From assembly GCF_964355755.1 (NCBI RefSeq), contig NC_092675.1, positions 30,228,912 through 30,292,911 on the forward strand: DNA of 64,000 nt. Direction: 5' to 3'. This stretch comes from Antedon mediterranea. Taxonomy: Eukaryota > Animalia > Echinodermata. Below are positions 14,926-28,513 of this stretch, piece after piece. Positions within the stretch are counted from its first letter, which is position 1. Every line of letters starts with the position of its first letter. Under the pieces are notes generated by a model that worked only from the letters and a program-made list of their open reading frames with translations, had not been told where the DNA came from and did not search any database. The translations under genes and the position numbers were made by a program.

Positions 14926-17900
14926 TTTGTAGCTATTTTTGACGATTCTTGCTCAGGATGTATGCTCTGAAAACAACTACGAACACTAGTCCAGGGAAGG
15001 TCAACATAATTTGGCACCTAATTACATTTAATACGTCAACTCTCAAGTGAGATCCTTACTATACAAAAAAACTGTATTGTATTTAATTTTTACCCAATCG
15101 ATTAGGGCTAGGTTAGAAAATTAAGAAATATTACATTAATTTATACATAATCAAATCCAGTTTGAAAATAAATGATGGTCTATTTTACATTTTTTTTCTT
15201 TCATCTCTCTTATTTAGAAAGTTCAAATAAGGTTACGAAATGGTTAGTTCTTCATAAATTAGTGTAATTGTAAGAAAGCCTTTCTTTCGTCTTTTTTTTA
15301 AAAGCCTATTAACTTTAAAGTAAGTTATACAAAACTTTAAATAGGAAGTTTATGACAAAAATGTTTGATTTACACTCATTCTGTTGAGATATGTTATTGA
15401 TTATTGCTGGAAGTCGCTATCTTTAACTCACAGATTCAGTTCGACAAAAGGATGTTGTCGTGTTCTTTAGAGCACAGGTATACATTGGGCCCAGCTGTTA
15501 AGTTAACCTGGTACAGAGGTAATACTATATTGGGTTGGGCTTCAATTTGAGGTTGTTTATCACCACCCTGGGGATGTGTGGCGACTATACTGGGTGATGT
15601 CCGTCACCATCTTAGAGGATAGGTGGGTGCTTTTATTCATCACCAAGTTCTTTGCATACCCTTAATAGTACTGTATAGATATATTATGAAGCAGACCTTT
15701 AATTTCTCTAAAGAAACCAGAATATAAGTGATTTAAATATAAGTTTTAGAGTTTAAAAAACACAGTAGTTTGTTAACGGCGTTTTGTATACTATATATTT
15801 AGACATTTAGTATACGGTAGGCCTACATATACAATAAAATACTTATACGATCACATTTTAGTAATTTTAAGTTTAGGTAATTAGAGTAGACGTTTCCTAA
15901 ACTGCTTTCTGTAGGCCCATGTTTTTTTTTGTTTCTCGAGTCGTCTAAAATGTACACTAGTATTCTATTGGAGTAAATATAATTAATTTATATACTAATA
16001 ATAGGTTGCGTAATGTGTTGAAGCTACCTAGTTACAATAGCGCAATCGTGTCCTAATTTTACAAATATTGGAGGAACTCCATTCATAGTTTTAAAAACAA
16101 AATTAATGAGTTGTAATCGCTTAATTATAGTTTGCAATCCAACAGCGTTGGTGAAAATTAATATTTCGGGTTGTGATTGTGGAAGATGTTCTGGTAAATT
16201 TAATGGCTTATTTTTCTTGTCTTTCTTTTGAATGTTATTGTTTTATGGATGTACTATCTGAAAAGGAGTGAATGGATTACGTTGCCAATACTCTTGTAGT
16301 AAGAGCAATTTAAACATAGCCTCTATCATTTTAACATGCGTTAACATGCATTGAGATCATTTGGTTCTTTAAAAATAGAACACAAATTAATGTTGAACAT
16401 CATTAAGAGAAACAGAAATGATATTAATGCTTACTTTAACACTATTAATACAAGTTTAGAAGCTAAAACGAACTAGGAGTGTACGTGTGCCTTGTTGTAA
16501 CTTCTTAACCTACTGTACTGTATATCAACAAGTAGAAGAACAACTTTCGATTTGGTCTTGGAAACAATCCCTTGAGTTCAATCAGCAAGGAAAGAGAAAA
16601 TGCAAATTAAGATTTTACAATTAGAACACCTGCTTGTAAACTGTTGAGGAAAGTTTGTAGATAGCGGCCAAACTCTGGCAGGCTTAGCTATTTCCAAGTA
16701 ATTATCTATTAGAAAATTGTGAAATGCATGTTTTATCGTCTTTGTTTCACAAGATATTATATTATATACGATTAAAAGGTCATTAATATAATATTGTGTC
16801 AGTTTTTGTCAACTATGTATTTCCAATAACCTTTGTGTTAAGATTATCGTGTTAGATTTCTTATCATCAATTTGTAGTAGGCCTACCTTTCTATTCTTTA
16901 CTAAAATCAACCCAATTAAAGATACATAAACTGTAGAAAAGAAATTATTATAAAAATAACATGACGTAATATATGTGTTAGACCGGGTAATTAAGAAAGG
17001 TATATCTAACATTATAGAATTAAAGGAATTATTTTTATTGAACACAATTAACCATCGGAAATATTAAAATAATCTTTTCAATTAATTTCGTCTGATAAAC
17101 TGAAATTTTCAAGGTTAGGAAACTAATCAGGGTGCTACAACTCACCCTTATGATACCCATCTCAATGACGTAATCATAATTAGGGATTTTAAGAAGGAAA
17201 AAGTCTGACGTATGGGGAAGGTACAGATGATCAGGTTTGCACAAAACTATTACCTACTGCGCAGGCAAGATACAGATGACAAAGTTTGCACATTTGCGAT
17301 AATGCGATCTCTAACAGGTTTTTGTCATTTTGTACGTACGTTATACCCCATGATACTAAGGAAAAGTTTCTAAAAATAAAACTCTGTGTTTGCAAAGTTT
17401 GCAACGTATCTATTTTTAACTGTATACATCTGGTAAGATCAAACATTCAGACAAATAGTTTATAGATCTAAGATCTCTGACGTGAGCAATTCGTGTTTTT
17501 ATCCAGGTCAGCTTGAGATCATAATACCTGAAATCGAGGCTTGGCAGCAGATTGCTGTAGGAAGGGTATAAGGCTACTGTCTAAGCCAATGATTTTTAGG
17601 AAATTAAATTCTGCTGTCGGATTATTTTCACAGTGATGACAATCGTGACGACATTTATAAAGTATCATTGTATTGTTTTTATATGAACTTATTACCGTGT
17701 CTGTGACGAGTTGGCTTGAATCTCCCAAAACGTTGCCAGAAGATGTCTTATCTTCATCAAAGTACACGTATCCCTCGCGTTTTATCTTGTGCTTTCCCAA
17801 TTTGTGACGTGCAATGCAATATATTCTCTGACGTTTTTGTCAAAAAGACGTAGGCATAGGTCTGAATTATTTTTAACCACTTTCCAAAAACTGTTAAACT

Positions 17901-18350
17901 TTTCTCATTTCTAAGTCAGTTTGTTTCCAAATGTATTGCTGATACTAGAATTAGAAAATATATTATTATGTATCAGTACTTGTATATATTCTCTGGCGTT
18001 AAAAAAGTCAGTTTGTTTCCAAAAATACAATGACTGATAGATTTAGGAAATGCTGCATGTTTTATAGTAGAGGAGGACATCTTGACTTTTTAGCCTCAAT
18101 GATTCATGTATAGGTATTTAGGTAAACTGCAATATAATCCTGTTTCGGTTTATTTTGTAAAACTTCAACATCAGACAGGAGTTTTGTTCTTATTTCAATT
18201 AACTTTAGGGTTAATTTCAACATTATCTTATATACTTATTATTCCTAGTAGGCCTATTTCCATTCGTTGCGTGGTTCTTGAAATTAATTTTTATGATGGA
18301 TTACTGTACGCCCTAATTTGCAGATATAAAGATTTCACATTGACCTAGAA

Positions 18351-18887
18351 GTATTGTAGTTGGTCTAATACATATCATGTGGTGTGGCGTCAGGTATTGT
18401 AGATGGTCAAATACATCTTGTGGAGTGACGTCAGGTATTGTAGTTGTTCAAATACATATCATGTGGTGTGGCGTCAGGTATTGTAGTTGGTCAAATACAT
18501 CTTGTGGAGTGACGTCAGTTATTGTAGATGGTCAAATACATATCATGTGGTGTGGCGTCAGGTATTGTAGTTGGTCTAATACAGATCAAGTGGTGTGGCG
18601 TCAGGTATTGTAGTTGGTCAAATACATATCATGTGGTGTGGCGTCAGGTATTGTAGTTGGTCAAATACATCTTGTGGAGTGACGTCAGTTATTGTAGATG
18701 GTCAAATACATATCATGTGGTGTGGCGTCAGGTATTGTAGTTGGTCTAATACAGATCAAGTGGTGTGGCGTCAGGTATTGTAGTTGGTCAAATACATCTT
18801 GTGGAGTGACGTCAGTTATTGTAGTTGGTCAAATACATATCATGTGGTGTGGCGTCAGTTATTGTAGTTGGTCAAATACAGATCAAA
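18351..18887. repeat. Tandem repeat, 41-43 bp units, ~13 copies of three variants
   Basis: Core GTATTGTAGTTGGTCAAATACA…GTGG(T/A)GTG(G/A)CGTCAG. Confidence 0.95.
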
Positions 18888-19042
18888 TGAAGGTATTAAA
18901 TTAAAAAATCAGGTATTATGTGAACATCTGTAATCACGTGGACAGGATGTATTCAACAAACTCGGCTTCATTTCCAGATTCAATAATTCTACTTAATCCA
19001 GTGAGTATTGCTTCAAAGAATGGAAGGATTGCGAATATGACG

Positions 19043-19105
19043 AGACTAAGGAAAACACAACATGACAACTGATAATCAGTTGTCATGTTGTGTTTTCCTT
19101 AGTCT
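19043..19105. repeat. Perfect palindrome, 31-bp arms with 1-nt centre
   Basis: AGACTAAGGAAAACACAACATGACAACTGAT-A-ATCAGTTGTCATGTTGTGTTTTCCTTAGTCT. Confidence 0.95.
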
Positions 19106-20480
19106 TCTTTAGTCTACCAGTCTACCTATCGATATGGGGCAACAATGACTTGCCCAACTAGACCGACTGACCACCAATAGTTGATGACTACTTCTCTACT
19201 TCTTCTAATTACAAACATTCGTTTAATAATAATGAGGATAATGAGTATTTAGGCCTACAAAATGTGTAACGATAACATGACAGCGTTTACACATTTTGAG
19301 ATATTCTATTATAATACTAATAACTTTAATTGTGCAAATTATAAACTATGCCGTGTTCTTATTTATTATGTAACAAAGACACATCACCTCCTTAGATTAT
19401 TGTTTACTAATATAAAATCTGTAGAATAATGGCTTATTTACATAATATCACATAATATCTAATTACCGGTACTTGTGACGTAAACAAATGATAGAATACA
19501 GATTGGAACAAACTTCATCTGCAATATAATGGCAATAATTAGAGGGATAGGCTGATACAACGACGGAAATGGAAAGCAATTGTTATGCAAGAGCGATAGG
19601 AAACATCCTTGATTGTTGCGGTCACACCCTTATGTTCACACCCTCTGATGGATCGCACCATAGATATATGATAGGGATGTTCTGATGCTAAGCCTTCTGG
19701 TGATAGCAAGTTTTATTGTAAACATGTTATGTAATTCATTTTATTACTGTGTGTTCGTTAGGATGGTCAACAATCATCAATATTTTGTATTTATATCATA
19801 GATTATTTAGTCATGTACATAATAGTAATCTTATATAGCGTTTTTAATTGCTTTACACACACAAATGATCCATAAAGTATCCTCAAATAACACACACACC
19901 CCCAAATAAAAAAAGAAACACAGGAACCATTACACACCGCGCCGTTCACCAACACTTTGAAGCTCCCATGAGGAGAGTTCGCCGTACCTATTCACAGGAG
20001 CTCGAGTGAAAAAGGCATCTGTCTTCCTATCCTACCAAAATTAGAAGAAAAAATATGTTTCAAAATATCAAAATATTGACTGATGATGATTTAATAACTG
20101 GTGGCAAATCATTTCAAAGACAAGAAGATGAAAGATAAATTGTCTGATAGGACGAATCGAAGCAGCAGCGGTGGTCCGTGACAGATATAGCACGAATGTT
20201 TACCCACGGGAGCAGTGGACAAGTGAAGGCTGCGGAACAATGAGTCTTGTAAAACAGGATTTAAGCTTGGTTTGACTTCATCCATAATAATATTATTTTA
20301 CATAATACTAATAAGTTTGATATGATATAAAATAAACTCCTAAAACAGTAAGAGAAAACCGATTGTAATTCTGTATTATTTCAATTATTTGTTCCACCTT
20401 GCCTATATTAATGTCAGTTATTTGAATATTATTATTAAATAATGTAAAACCTTGCATTTCTTCCATTCCTGTAGCCATAA

Positions 20481-20648
20481 AGCTTGGTTCCCACTAGAAC
20501 AAAAAGCTATGACGTAAGCGCAACGCAAGCGAGTTGGTCAATGGCAAGCGACAGTTAGGATGATTCAGGCCTATATCGCGCCGTGATTGGTTAAATACAT
20601 TGCGTATTTTACGTCTTTGCGTTGCGTGGGGCGCCGGGAACCCAAAGC
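20481..20648. mobile_element. MITE family B (palindromic, TIR AGCTTGGTTCCCACTAG)
   Basis: TAA-AGCTTGGTTCCCACTAG start, internal CGCAACGCAAGCGAGTTG, and a degenerate GGGAACC end. Confidence 0.7.
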
Positions 20649-21349
20649 AAAGAAAGTTCTGACGATTACACGTATTTCTATAGTATAATGATTTAAACAA
20701 AAACATATGTTGATAAATTTGGTTTTTGCTAAGAATATACACGTGGCCCTAATGAGGAGAAAAAAAAGATTGTGTTGGAAGTACTAGATTATGTGGATTG
20801 ATTGTCAGCTCCTTCGGGCAGAATATAATCCAATTACAACCAAGATCTTTTTCAGTTTATCAGTTTGATCAAAACTCTTCCAAATCATTTTGCTGAAAAC
20901 ATAACTGGAAGGGTAGTACATTTGAAAGACAACAGGTGTCAATATATGTTAACTACCGATATGACAAGATACAGATTAACATTACTGTTTGATAAGTTTA
21001 TATTATTAGTATAACGGTTTGATATGACATTGAATAAAAGAAACAATTATTTTGATACAATGAAATATTTCTGGTTCACACTAAACTAAATGTTGACGCG
21101 TTTGAAATGAGCAAGCTTCGGCTAAATGTTGACGCGTTTGAACCGAGCAAAACAATGTGATTAATTTAAACAACGTTATGTCATGGACGTTCCAGTTATG
21201 TGTTGCCTTAGTCTCGTACCCACCGTGCAGTATAACATGCCATTAGTTAGTTATAGACACCATGGTTGGCGATTTGTATGTAGGTCCTAGTCTTCATTTT
21301 TTCTAAGCAATCATTCCACATTGGTGGAAACAACTTTTATCTATGCATG

Positions 21350-21450
21350 GTAAAGTGGGACGCAACGCAAGGACGTACGCGCAAAGCAAGCGAGTTGACC
21401 AGTGATTGGTTAAATTGCTTGCGTTGCGTCCTAGTTGGAACCAAACTTAA
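21350..21450. mobile_element. MITE family B, internally deleted remnant
   Basis: CGCAACGCAAGGACGTA…GCGAGTTGACCA…TTGCGTTGCGTCCTAGTTGGAACCAA. Confidence 0.6.
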
Positions 21451-24400
21451 TTGATTTTTCGTTATTCCACATAATGATCCCAATGACAGATCTTAAGGGT
21501 AAAGTTTGAAACTTGAAGCTACCTCATATTAATATATTAATCTCTATAATGATTATTTGTTTGACTTGGTACACAAACACAATTTAACTGTTGTGGAAGT
21601 GCGGTGAGGGGAAGGTGGGTTGACGTCTTCGGAAAAGCTCATATTTTGCTTCTTGGAATGTTCAAGCTCCCCAAATACCGTTTCTTCTCGATTAACCTGC
21701 TTTAACCCCAGCAGTATTTAAAGAAGAAAAAAAAACAAAACAAAAAAACAAATGCCATCAGAATTGTTCCATTTTTTCATCGAATAAATTTAATGAGTTA
21801 ATATTTTTCTTTTAACTTGTTTAATTATAAAATGAAGAATGTAGTTCATCGTACTATATATTAATTCATATTTTAATCAAGTGAATGTGATTGAAAATCG
21901 TCCGACACGTTTCCAAGGTGACTGCGTATCGTTTTCTTTGATGTTATTTACCATTACGCGTCGAGTAACACCCGCAGAAAACCTGTAACCGGATTCTTCG
22001 TATTAATATGTTATATTTGACAAAGAAATATTAGAAATAGTTATCCTTTCTTACCTTATCAGTTGTCTACTTCGTGCGAGCTTTTGATTTTTGAGAGGTC
22101 AAACGAAAGAACATGGGTCATTGAAACCGCAAGAAAGTACATTAATAAGATCTTAATACAAGTGATTTTGCCGCCATTAGTTTTTTTTTTATCATTCATG
22201 ACTGTGTCTATATGCCAAGTTTGATCAAAATCATGAAATCAATTAATGTATTTATAATGAATGATTAAATTAAAACTAGTAACCTACTAACAAAAACATT
22301 ATATTTCATGTTATGTTATGTTTATTTTTAATTTTCTTGTATATGGTTTTCTCGTAACTGTTTGTATTGTATATGGATGGAGTGAGTGCAGAATCTGTTT
22401 GGGCTTTAGCCTATTCTCATTCCTGGTTATTTTACATTGATGACCGAATAAATATTATTAACTAGTAAACTTAGTACTAAAGTTTACAACTTTAAGAAAG
22501 GAAACTTGGAAATAAAATCGCTTTAAAATCGAAATGTAGGCCTATAATTAATGGGATTACGATTTGCAGAAATGAATTAGTAATATAGTTCATGTCTATT
22601 AATTATTACATTATTAATACATCAATTATAGAAATATACTATAAATATGCTAATATTATCTATTAAAGAATCCATCTTTATTGATTTTAAAAAATATGCA
22701 TGTTCATATGACATAAGTAATATTATGTAAAAGGTTGTTCTATTCTTAATGATTTGGAGGTCTGGGGAGAGATAAATAATAAATACGTACGTCATATTGA
22801 AACAGTTTAGGACTATAAAAGACAATTTTGTCCCACTCTAACATTATAGAGGGTGACACGACTCTTCCCCCTCCCCCCACACCCCGTTAGGCAAAAGAAG
22901 AAAACGTCGGTAAAACATTGAATTAAATAGTAACAAAACAATATAAAATACATCATTTAATACAAAATTAGATTTTGTTTCGATACCATTATTTGTAGGT
23001 GTTGTCAGGCCATTAAACTATCGTGCATTTACCTTGCTATTAAATCGTTTATTGGATTATAATGGAAAACAAATATTAGGCATATGTCAAAAGGGAATAC
23101 CTTGCATTGTTCGTATTCGTGTTATTATACTTTCACTTAGAAAATATATCAGTTTAAAATAAATGTCCAGAGACCGTATATTAATAAGGCTAGTAAACCG
23201 TACCTCGATGTATTATTGATATATCAAGAAACTAATTTTGTATATAGTCTCTTTAGTAAAATATGTTGTACCCAGTATTAGGCCTACAAAGACATTGAGA
23301 GTAACAAAGCCATAGAGTAGGAAATTAAATAATGAAATCTTCAGAAGAAAATTATACGGGGGTGAAATTTCGGTCGCAGAAACTTTTTTTGAACTGATTT
23401 ACTGACATCCGTTTTATTGTGACTTGAGGTACACTCGTAATAATGTACATTGTATGACATAAGTTGAAAGTTGTCTTGAATGAGATAATAATTACTTTCG
23501 TAATTAATATATTGATGATTATGCGAATGTTAATGATATGTTGGCCTGTCCTTGACGCGACCGAAATTGTCTGAATTTGAATTTGAATTTCGACAGCTGA
23601 GTTTCCACGTGCGAATTACAGACGAACGTTCCCAGATACAAATAAATTATACAATTAATGTTGTACCAGACGTAAAGACAAATAGCTTATACAATAGGTA
23701 GACAATGACTGCATGTTGGTTATTTAGCATAGTTTTAAGAAACTAGGGTCTATTGTAAATCACGAAATTGGTGTTTTCAATTTGCCTTTCAATTTCAAAG
23801 TCCAGGGTTCAATCCTGACCCAATGTCCAGGTTGGTCCAGGGTTCAATCCTGACCCAATGTCCAGGTTGTAACTCATGAATGTGAAACGTCTCCACTCCC
23901 AGCCTCACATAAAACTTTGTTGAAACATGATACAATTAATATCCATTTTGTAAATGGTGAGTTACTTGCTGTTGGACGTCTTGAATCAAAAATGATAATG
24001 TTCTCTGATTTAGAAATAACTATATAGTCATTATTACTGTAAGCCTCCCTTCTTGTCGATTAATCTACTGCGGTTACTGCAGCAATAGTGTATGATTTTA
24101 GAAAAATAAAATAACGAATTGATACATAATAAATATATTTATTATAGGCCTAAATACATTGATGAAAAAAGTTTCTATTGCATAAACAGGTTACTTATAG
24201 AACTGCAGTAAAATTATTTTTACAGGGTCCCTTGTGAAAACCGATTTGTTCAATTGTGATACAGTGGTTCAACTTCAATAACATTTATTTTAAAATGGTC
24301 ATTTTTTTTTCATTACAAACAATATTATAACAATAAACAATAATCAACAATTTATCAGAATCAGAATTAGATGTTAAACAAACAAAAAAAATAAGAAAAG

Positions 24401-25278
24401 AGAACATAACGGTACCATGCTTGATGTAAAATTATTTTATTTATATGTAAACGTTATTTGTTGGTGTTCAGGGGTTGAAATAAAAAATGAATTCATAGAA
24501 TACGCATGCAGGCATTATACCATTATATCATCTAAAATCAATAGCAGGAAAGAAGCATCAATCATGTATTTTCCTATTTGTATTTGTTATTGACGTTATT
24601 TTAATTATATTTTCACAGTTTTGAGGAAATACGATACGCCGTTATTTAACTCGGATTACTGTCCGTCTGGCATATTTCAAGATCACTCAGTATATAATTA
24701 GTTTACCTGTAATTAATCACCTGTTTGGACCGCCTTCCTGTGTTTTACCCAATGCTATCTTTAATTTTACCCATTTATCTATCATAATGAACAGTGCTGG
24801 TTCATCTGTACACTGGATCCTCATCAACCTAATTATCTAGTCTGTGCATACTGCTATACTTAATTAATAAGAGGGTGGTACCCAATCATTAGATAAACTT
24901 TATAATTTGATATACAAAATGTCTATTTTTGTCATGTCATGTTCTAAAAAATCTACAGAAACTCAACTGTTACTTATTATTATTAACATAGTATAGTTTT
25001 CTTTAATTTCATAACAGTTTTTTATAACAGTTATTAAATACAACTTCTCTACAATTCTTTGATATTCGCTTAAAATAAGGAACCCGAGCGAGATGCAAAT
25101 AGGGGTTTATGACTTTAGAGAGAGGCTAAAACATGAAACAAAAACAGATCAGATCTTGTAGTTTTTCGTGTTTCATGAACGATAGTTAGTGGCGGATCCA
25201 GATTTTAAAACCTGAAATAATTAACATACTTGTCTTGTGCATTATTTTACCTCTTTTGGTCTGCTGGCCCTACCGTAA

Positions 25279-25420
25279 CGCTCTGTCTACACTCAAGTGT
25301 GATGTGCCCAAATATGGTAGTGATATGCCCAAACATGGTAGTGATATGAAATCATCATGTTCCTATATGGGCACATCAAATCTATTTGTCACATAAAGTG
25401 GGGATAGTGTAGACAGAGAT
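25279..25420. mobile_element. MITE family A (Tourist/PIF-Harbinger-like)
   Basis: TIR CTCTGTCTACACT…AGTGTAGACAGAG, internal TGCCCAAATATGGTAGTGATA repeats, flanks TAA/TTA. Confidence 0.8.
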
Positions 25421-26190
25421 TTAGAAAAATATATATTTCTTTTTTCACCTAAATTCGATACAAAACATAAGGTTATGTAAGTAAAGGTTTAGTTTACTTT
25501 TTCCTCTATACAATGGGGTTATGTAGACTTATTTTAAAATTATGCAATTCGAATTGAGAAACATCGACTTTTGGCTAAAGGTCTTCCTTAATGACAATTG
25601 TTAACTAGACTTCACGTTCCACATGTCAATCGTTCTCAAACCTGTCACTTACTTTTAGCTTGATTTCTTTCGTTCTTTTTAACTTCTTTTTTTGTATCGT
25701 AATGCAAAGAAAATGGACGAAAGGTTTTATTTGCAAAGATTCTTAAATAATCAACAACAAAAAACAACTTATAAAGGCCTATTTAAGTAATGTCAGTGAC
25801 AGTAATGAGTTGATGTATATGGGATGGTATTTGTTATCATTTGTTATTCAATGTACCTTCCCTGCTTCTGCTCTTGACTTCCCTTTTACTGGATTTTTTC
25901 TGTTTCTTTGTTTTTTTAAAATAATTTTTATAACATTATAACATTTTTAACATGTTTTTACACGCAAATTGGCCATGAAAGATGTAAAGTTGGTTAGTAT
26001 TTTTGGAAATAAAAAGAATACATATTCTATGTATTAAATATAGGCCTATCATCAATTTTTTTAATTCGATTGTCCCAGTAAATTAGCTTTGTATGACTTT
26101 GGTTCACGTAATCCCTCTACGATGATGTTAACTTGTGCGTTTGCAATCGTGTGCGCACCAACCGGTAACGTAAATTTTGTTTACACATAA

Positions 26191-26490
26191 AGCGTGGTTC
26201 CCACTAGCGACGCAACACAAGGACGTAAGTGAATTGACCAATCACAAGCGATGGCTTATTCGCTTGTGATTGCTAACTGTCTATAACTTCGCTTGTCATT
26301 GGTTAAAACGCTTGCGTTGCGTTTACGTCCCTGCGTTACGCTCTAGGACGCAGCGCAAGGACGACGTAGACGCAACGCAAACGAGTTGACCAATGACAAG
26401 CGACAGTCGAATGAATCCATCGCTTGTGATTAGTCAAATCCCTTACGTTGCGTTACGTCGTTGTGTTGCGTCTCTAGTGAGAACCAAGCA
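26191..26490. mobile_element. MITE family B, fused dimer of two ~150 bp units
   Basis: AGCGTGGTTCCCACTAG … CTAGTGAGAACCAAGCA, with an internal junction at CTCTAGGACGCAG (~26345). Flanks TAA/TTA. Confidence 0.8.
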
Positions 26491-27809
26491 TTAGATCATT
26501 TTTTAGTACAAACAAATATTTTTCAATTATTAAAGTATCATTGGTTACATTTTTGTTAAAATAGTAGCCATATTGATTAGTTTTTGACTAGACACACGAC
26601 GCAATCTACATTCCCGTTGATAAATTGCGTCATTTTGTATGTCTGACTTGCCAATCGGATGTTATTTCACGTATTATTATTTTACACTGATTAGAATAAT
26701 TACCGATAGATTTAATATTTCATGTTTATATCCATCAACGTTACTATGGCCAGCTGTCTCTCTCTCAGTCAATTCAATATATATATATTTTTTTCATTTA
26801 ATAGATTTGTGGAAATATGCCCGCGTTTACATCTGTCATCCGCTATTAGTATTTTGTGAATGTTTTGAATTGAGTTCATTCCTTTTCATCCGGCATTCTT
26901 TTTTTTTTCTTTTTTTATTGCTATGTTCTTCTGCGTCGGCTTATCGTTACTGTACACCTCGTTATTACATATACATCCTTCATGGCATGGCTATCTTGTT
27001 TTAGCATGAAGGCACACGTAGCTAGGCACACGGTATCAAACTGCAACATACATAGGCCTTAATCAGTATGATAATTCGTTATTCTTCGCCCTTTTAAACC
27101 GATTTATTATCTCCTAATATAGAAACAGTTCGTTGCAGTCAAATGCTATTCGTATTATCCACCCGTAAACGTAATTCCAACATTGTACTATATCATTTCA
27201 AAGGTATTCGATTTATTACTTGAGATATGAATTGAGCAAAACGCATAATGTTATAAACAACTGATTATTTAATGTTATGCTTTTTAAATAATATTTGATG
27301 ACTGCACAATCACAATTTATTTATAGGAAGAAGTGTTCAAGATGCCTCGGCAATCACAGATTCTTTCAAAGGATGTCATTAATGTGAATGAACAGTTAAC
27401 ATAAAATTATATTTATAAATGGGCCTAAAATAACACTTCAGTTATTGGCATTGAGGCAGAGGTACGTCTTATACTTTTAGCTATTGTTCACAGTAAAAGT
27501 AGGCATATTGAACCGTGTTAAAAGTTGTTTAATATTCATGAACATCAGAGATATAAATAATTATGTGCAGACTGTAATTTCCCGCCAATAACTTATTGGC
27601 GGGAAATCGACAGTTTGTGTGTAGGGCCTACCCTTTATTGCCTTAATTGGAATTAATAAATTGATATTAACTTTGATTAAATAAAATAAAAATAAGGAAA
27701 TTAAAAAATGAATATTTGTTATTACGGTTAAGAACTGCTGAGAATTGATATTTTTATTATTAAAAAATTATGAAAAAATGAATTAAAGTAAACTTGTTTG
27801 ACCAGATTA

Positions 27810-27948
27810 AGAAACACACTGTCCAAAACAATACATAGAAACACACTGTCCAAAACAATACATAGAAACACACTGTCCAAAACAATACATAGAAACACAC
27901 TGTCCAAAACAATATATAGAAACACACTGTCCAAAACAATACATAGAA
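27810..27948. repeat. Tandem repeat, 27-bp unit AGAAACACACTGTCCAAAACAATACAT, 5 copies
   Basis: Directly visible. Confidence 0.95.
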
Positions 27949-27958
27949 TAACATGTGA

Positions 27959-28513
27959 ATTGGAGTTAGCTATCCCACCATGGATTGGAGTTAGTTTAGT
28001 TATAACTATCCCACCATGGATTGGAGTTAGTTTAGTTATAACTATCCCACCATGGATTGGAGTTAGTTTAGTTATAACTATCCCACCATGGATTGGAGTT
28101 AGCTATCCCACCATGGATTGGAGTTAACTATCCCACCATGGATTGGAGTTAGTTTAGTTATACCTATCCCACCATGGATTGGAGTTAGTTTAGTTATAAC
28201 TATCCCACCATGGATTGGAGTTAGTTTAGTTATAACTATCCCACCATGGATTGGAGTTAGTTTAGTTATAACTATCCCACCATCGATTGGAGTTAGTTTA
28301 GTTATAACTATCCCACCATGGATTGGAGTTAGTTTAGTTATAACTATCCCACCATGGATTGGAGTTAGTTTAGTTATAACTATCCCACCATGGATTGGAG
28401 TTAGTTTAGTTATAACTATCCCACCATGGATTGGAGTTAGTTTTGTTATAACTATCCCACCATGGATTGGAGTTAGTTTGTTATAACTATCCCACCATGG
28501 ATTGGAGTTAGTT
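27959..28513. repeat. Tandem repeat, 36-bp unit ATTGGAGTTAGTTTAGTTATAACTATCCCACCATGG, ~15 copies including shortened units
   Basis: Directly visible; abuts the 27-bp array. Confidence 0.95.

Noticed and set aside
15420-15660. SINE-like relics here and at ~23800-23970, ~32700-32780 and ~55920-56030
   Set aside because: Too degenerate to bound or classify without a library search; no intact tRNA gene.
17519-17800. 93-aa minus-strand ORF
   Set aside because: No recognisable domain or splice partners; possibly a transposon relic. blastx would be needed.
18377-18904. Cys/Trp-rich repeat ORFs
   Set aside because: Artefacts of a 41-43 bp tandem repeat with shifting frames.
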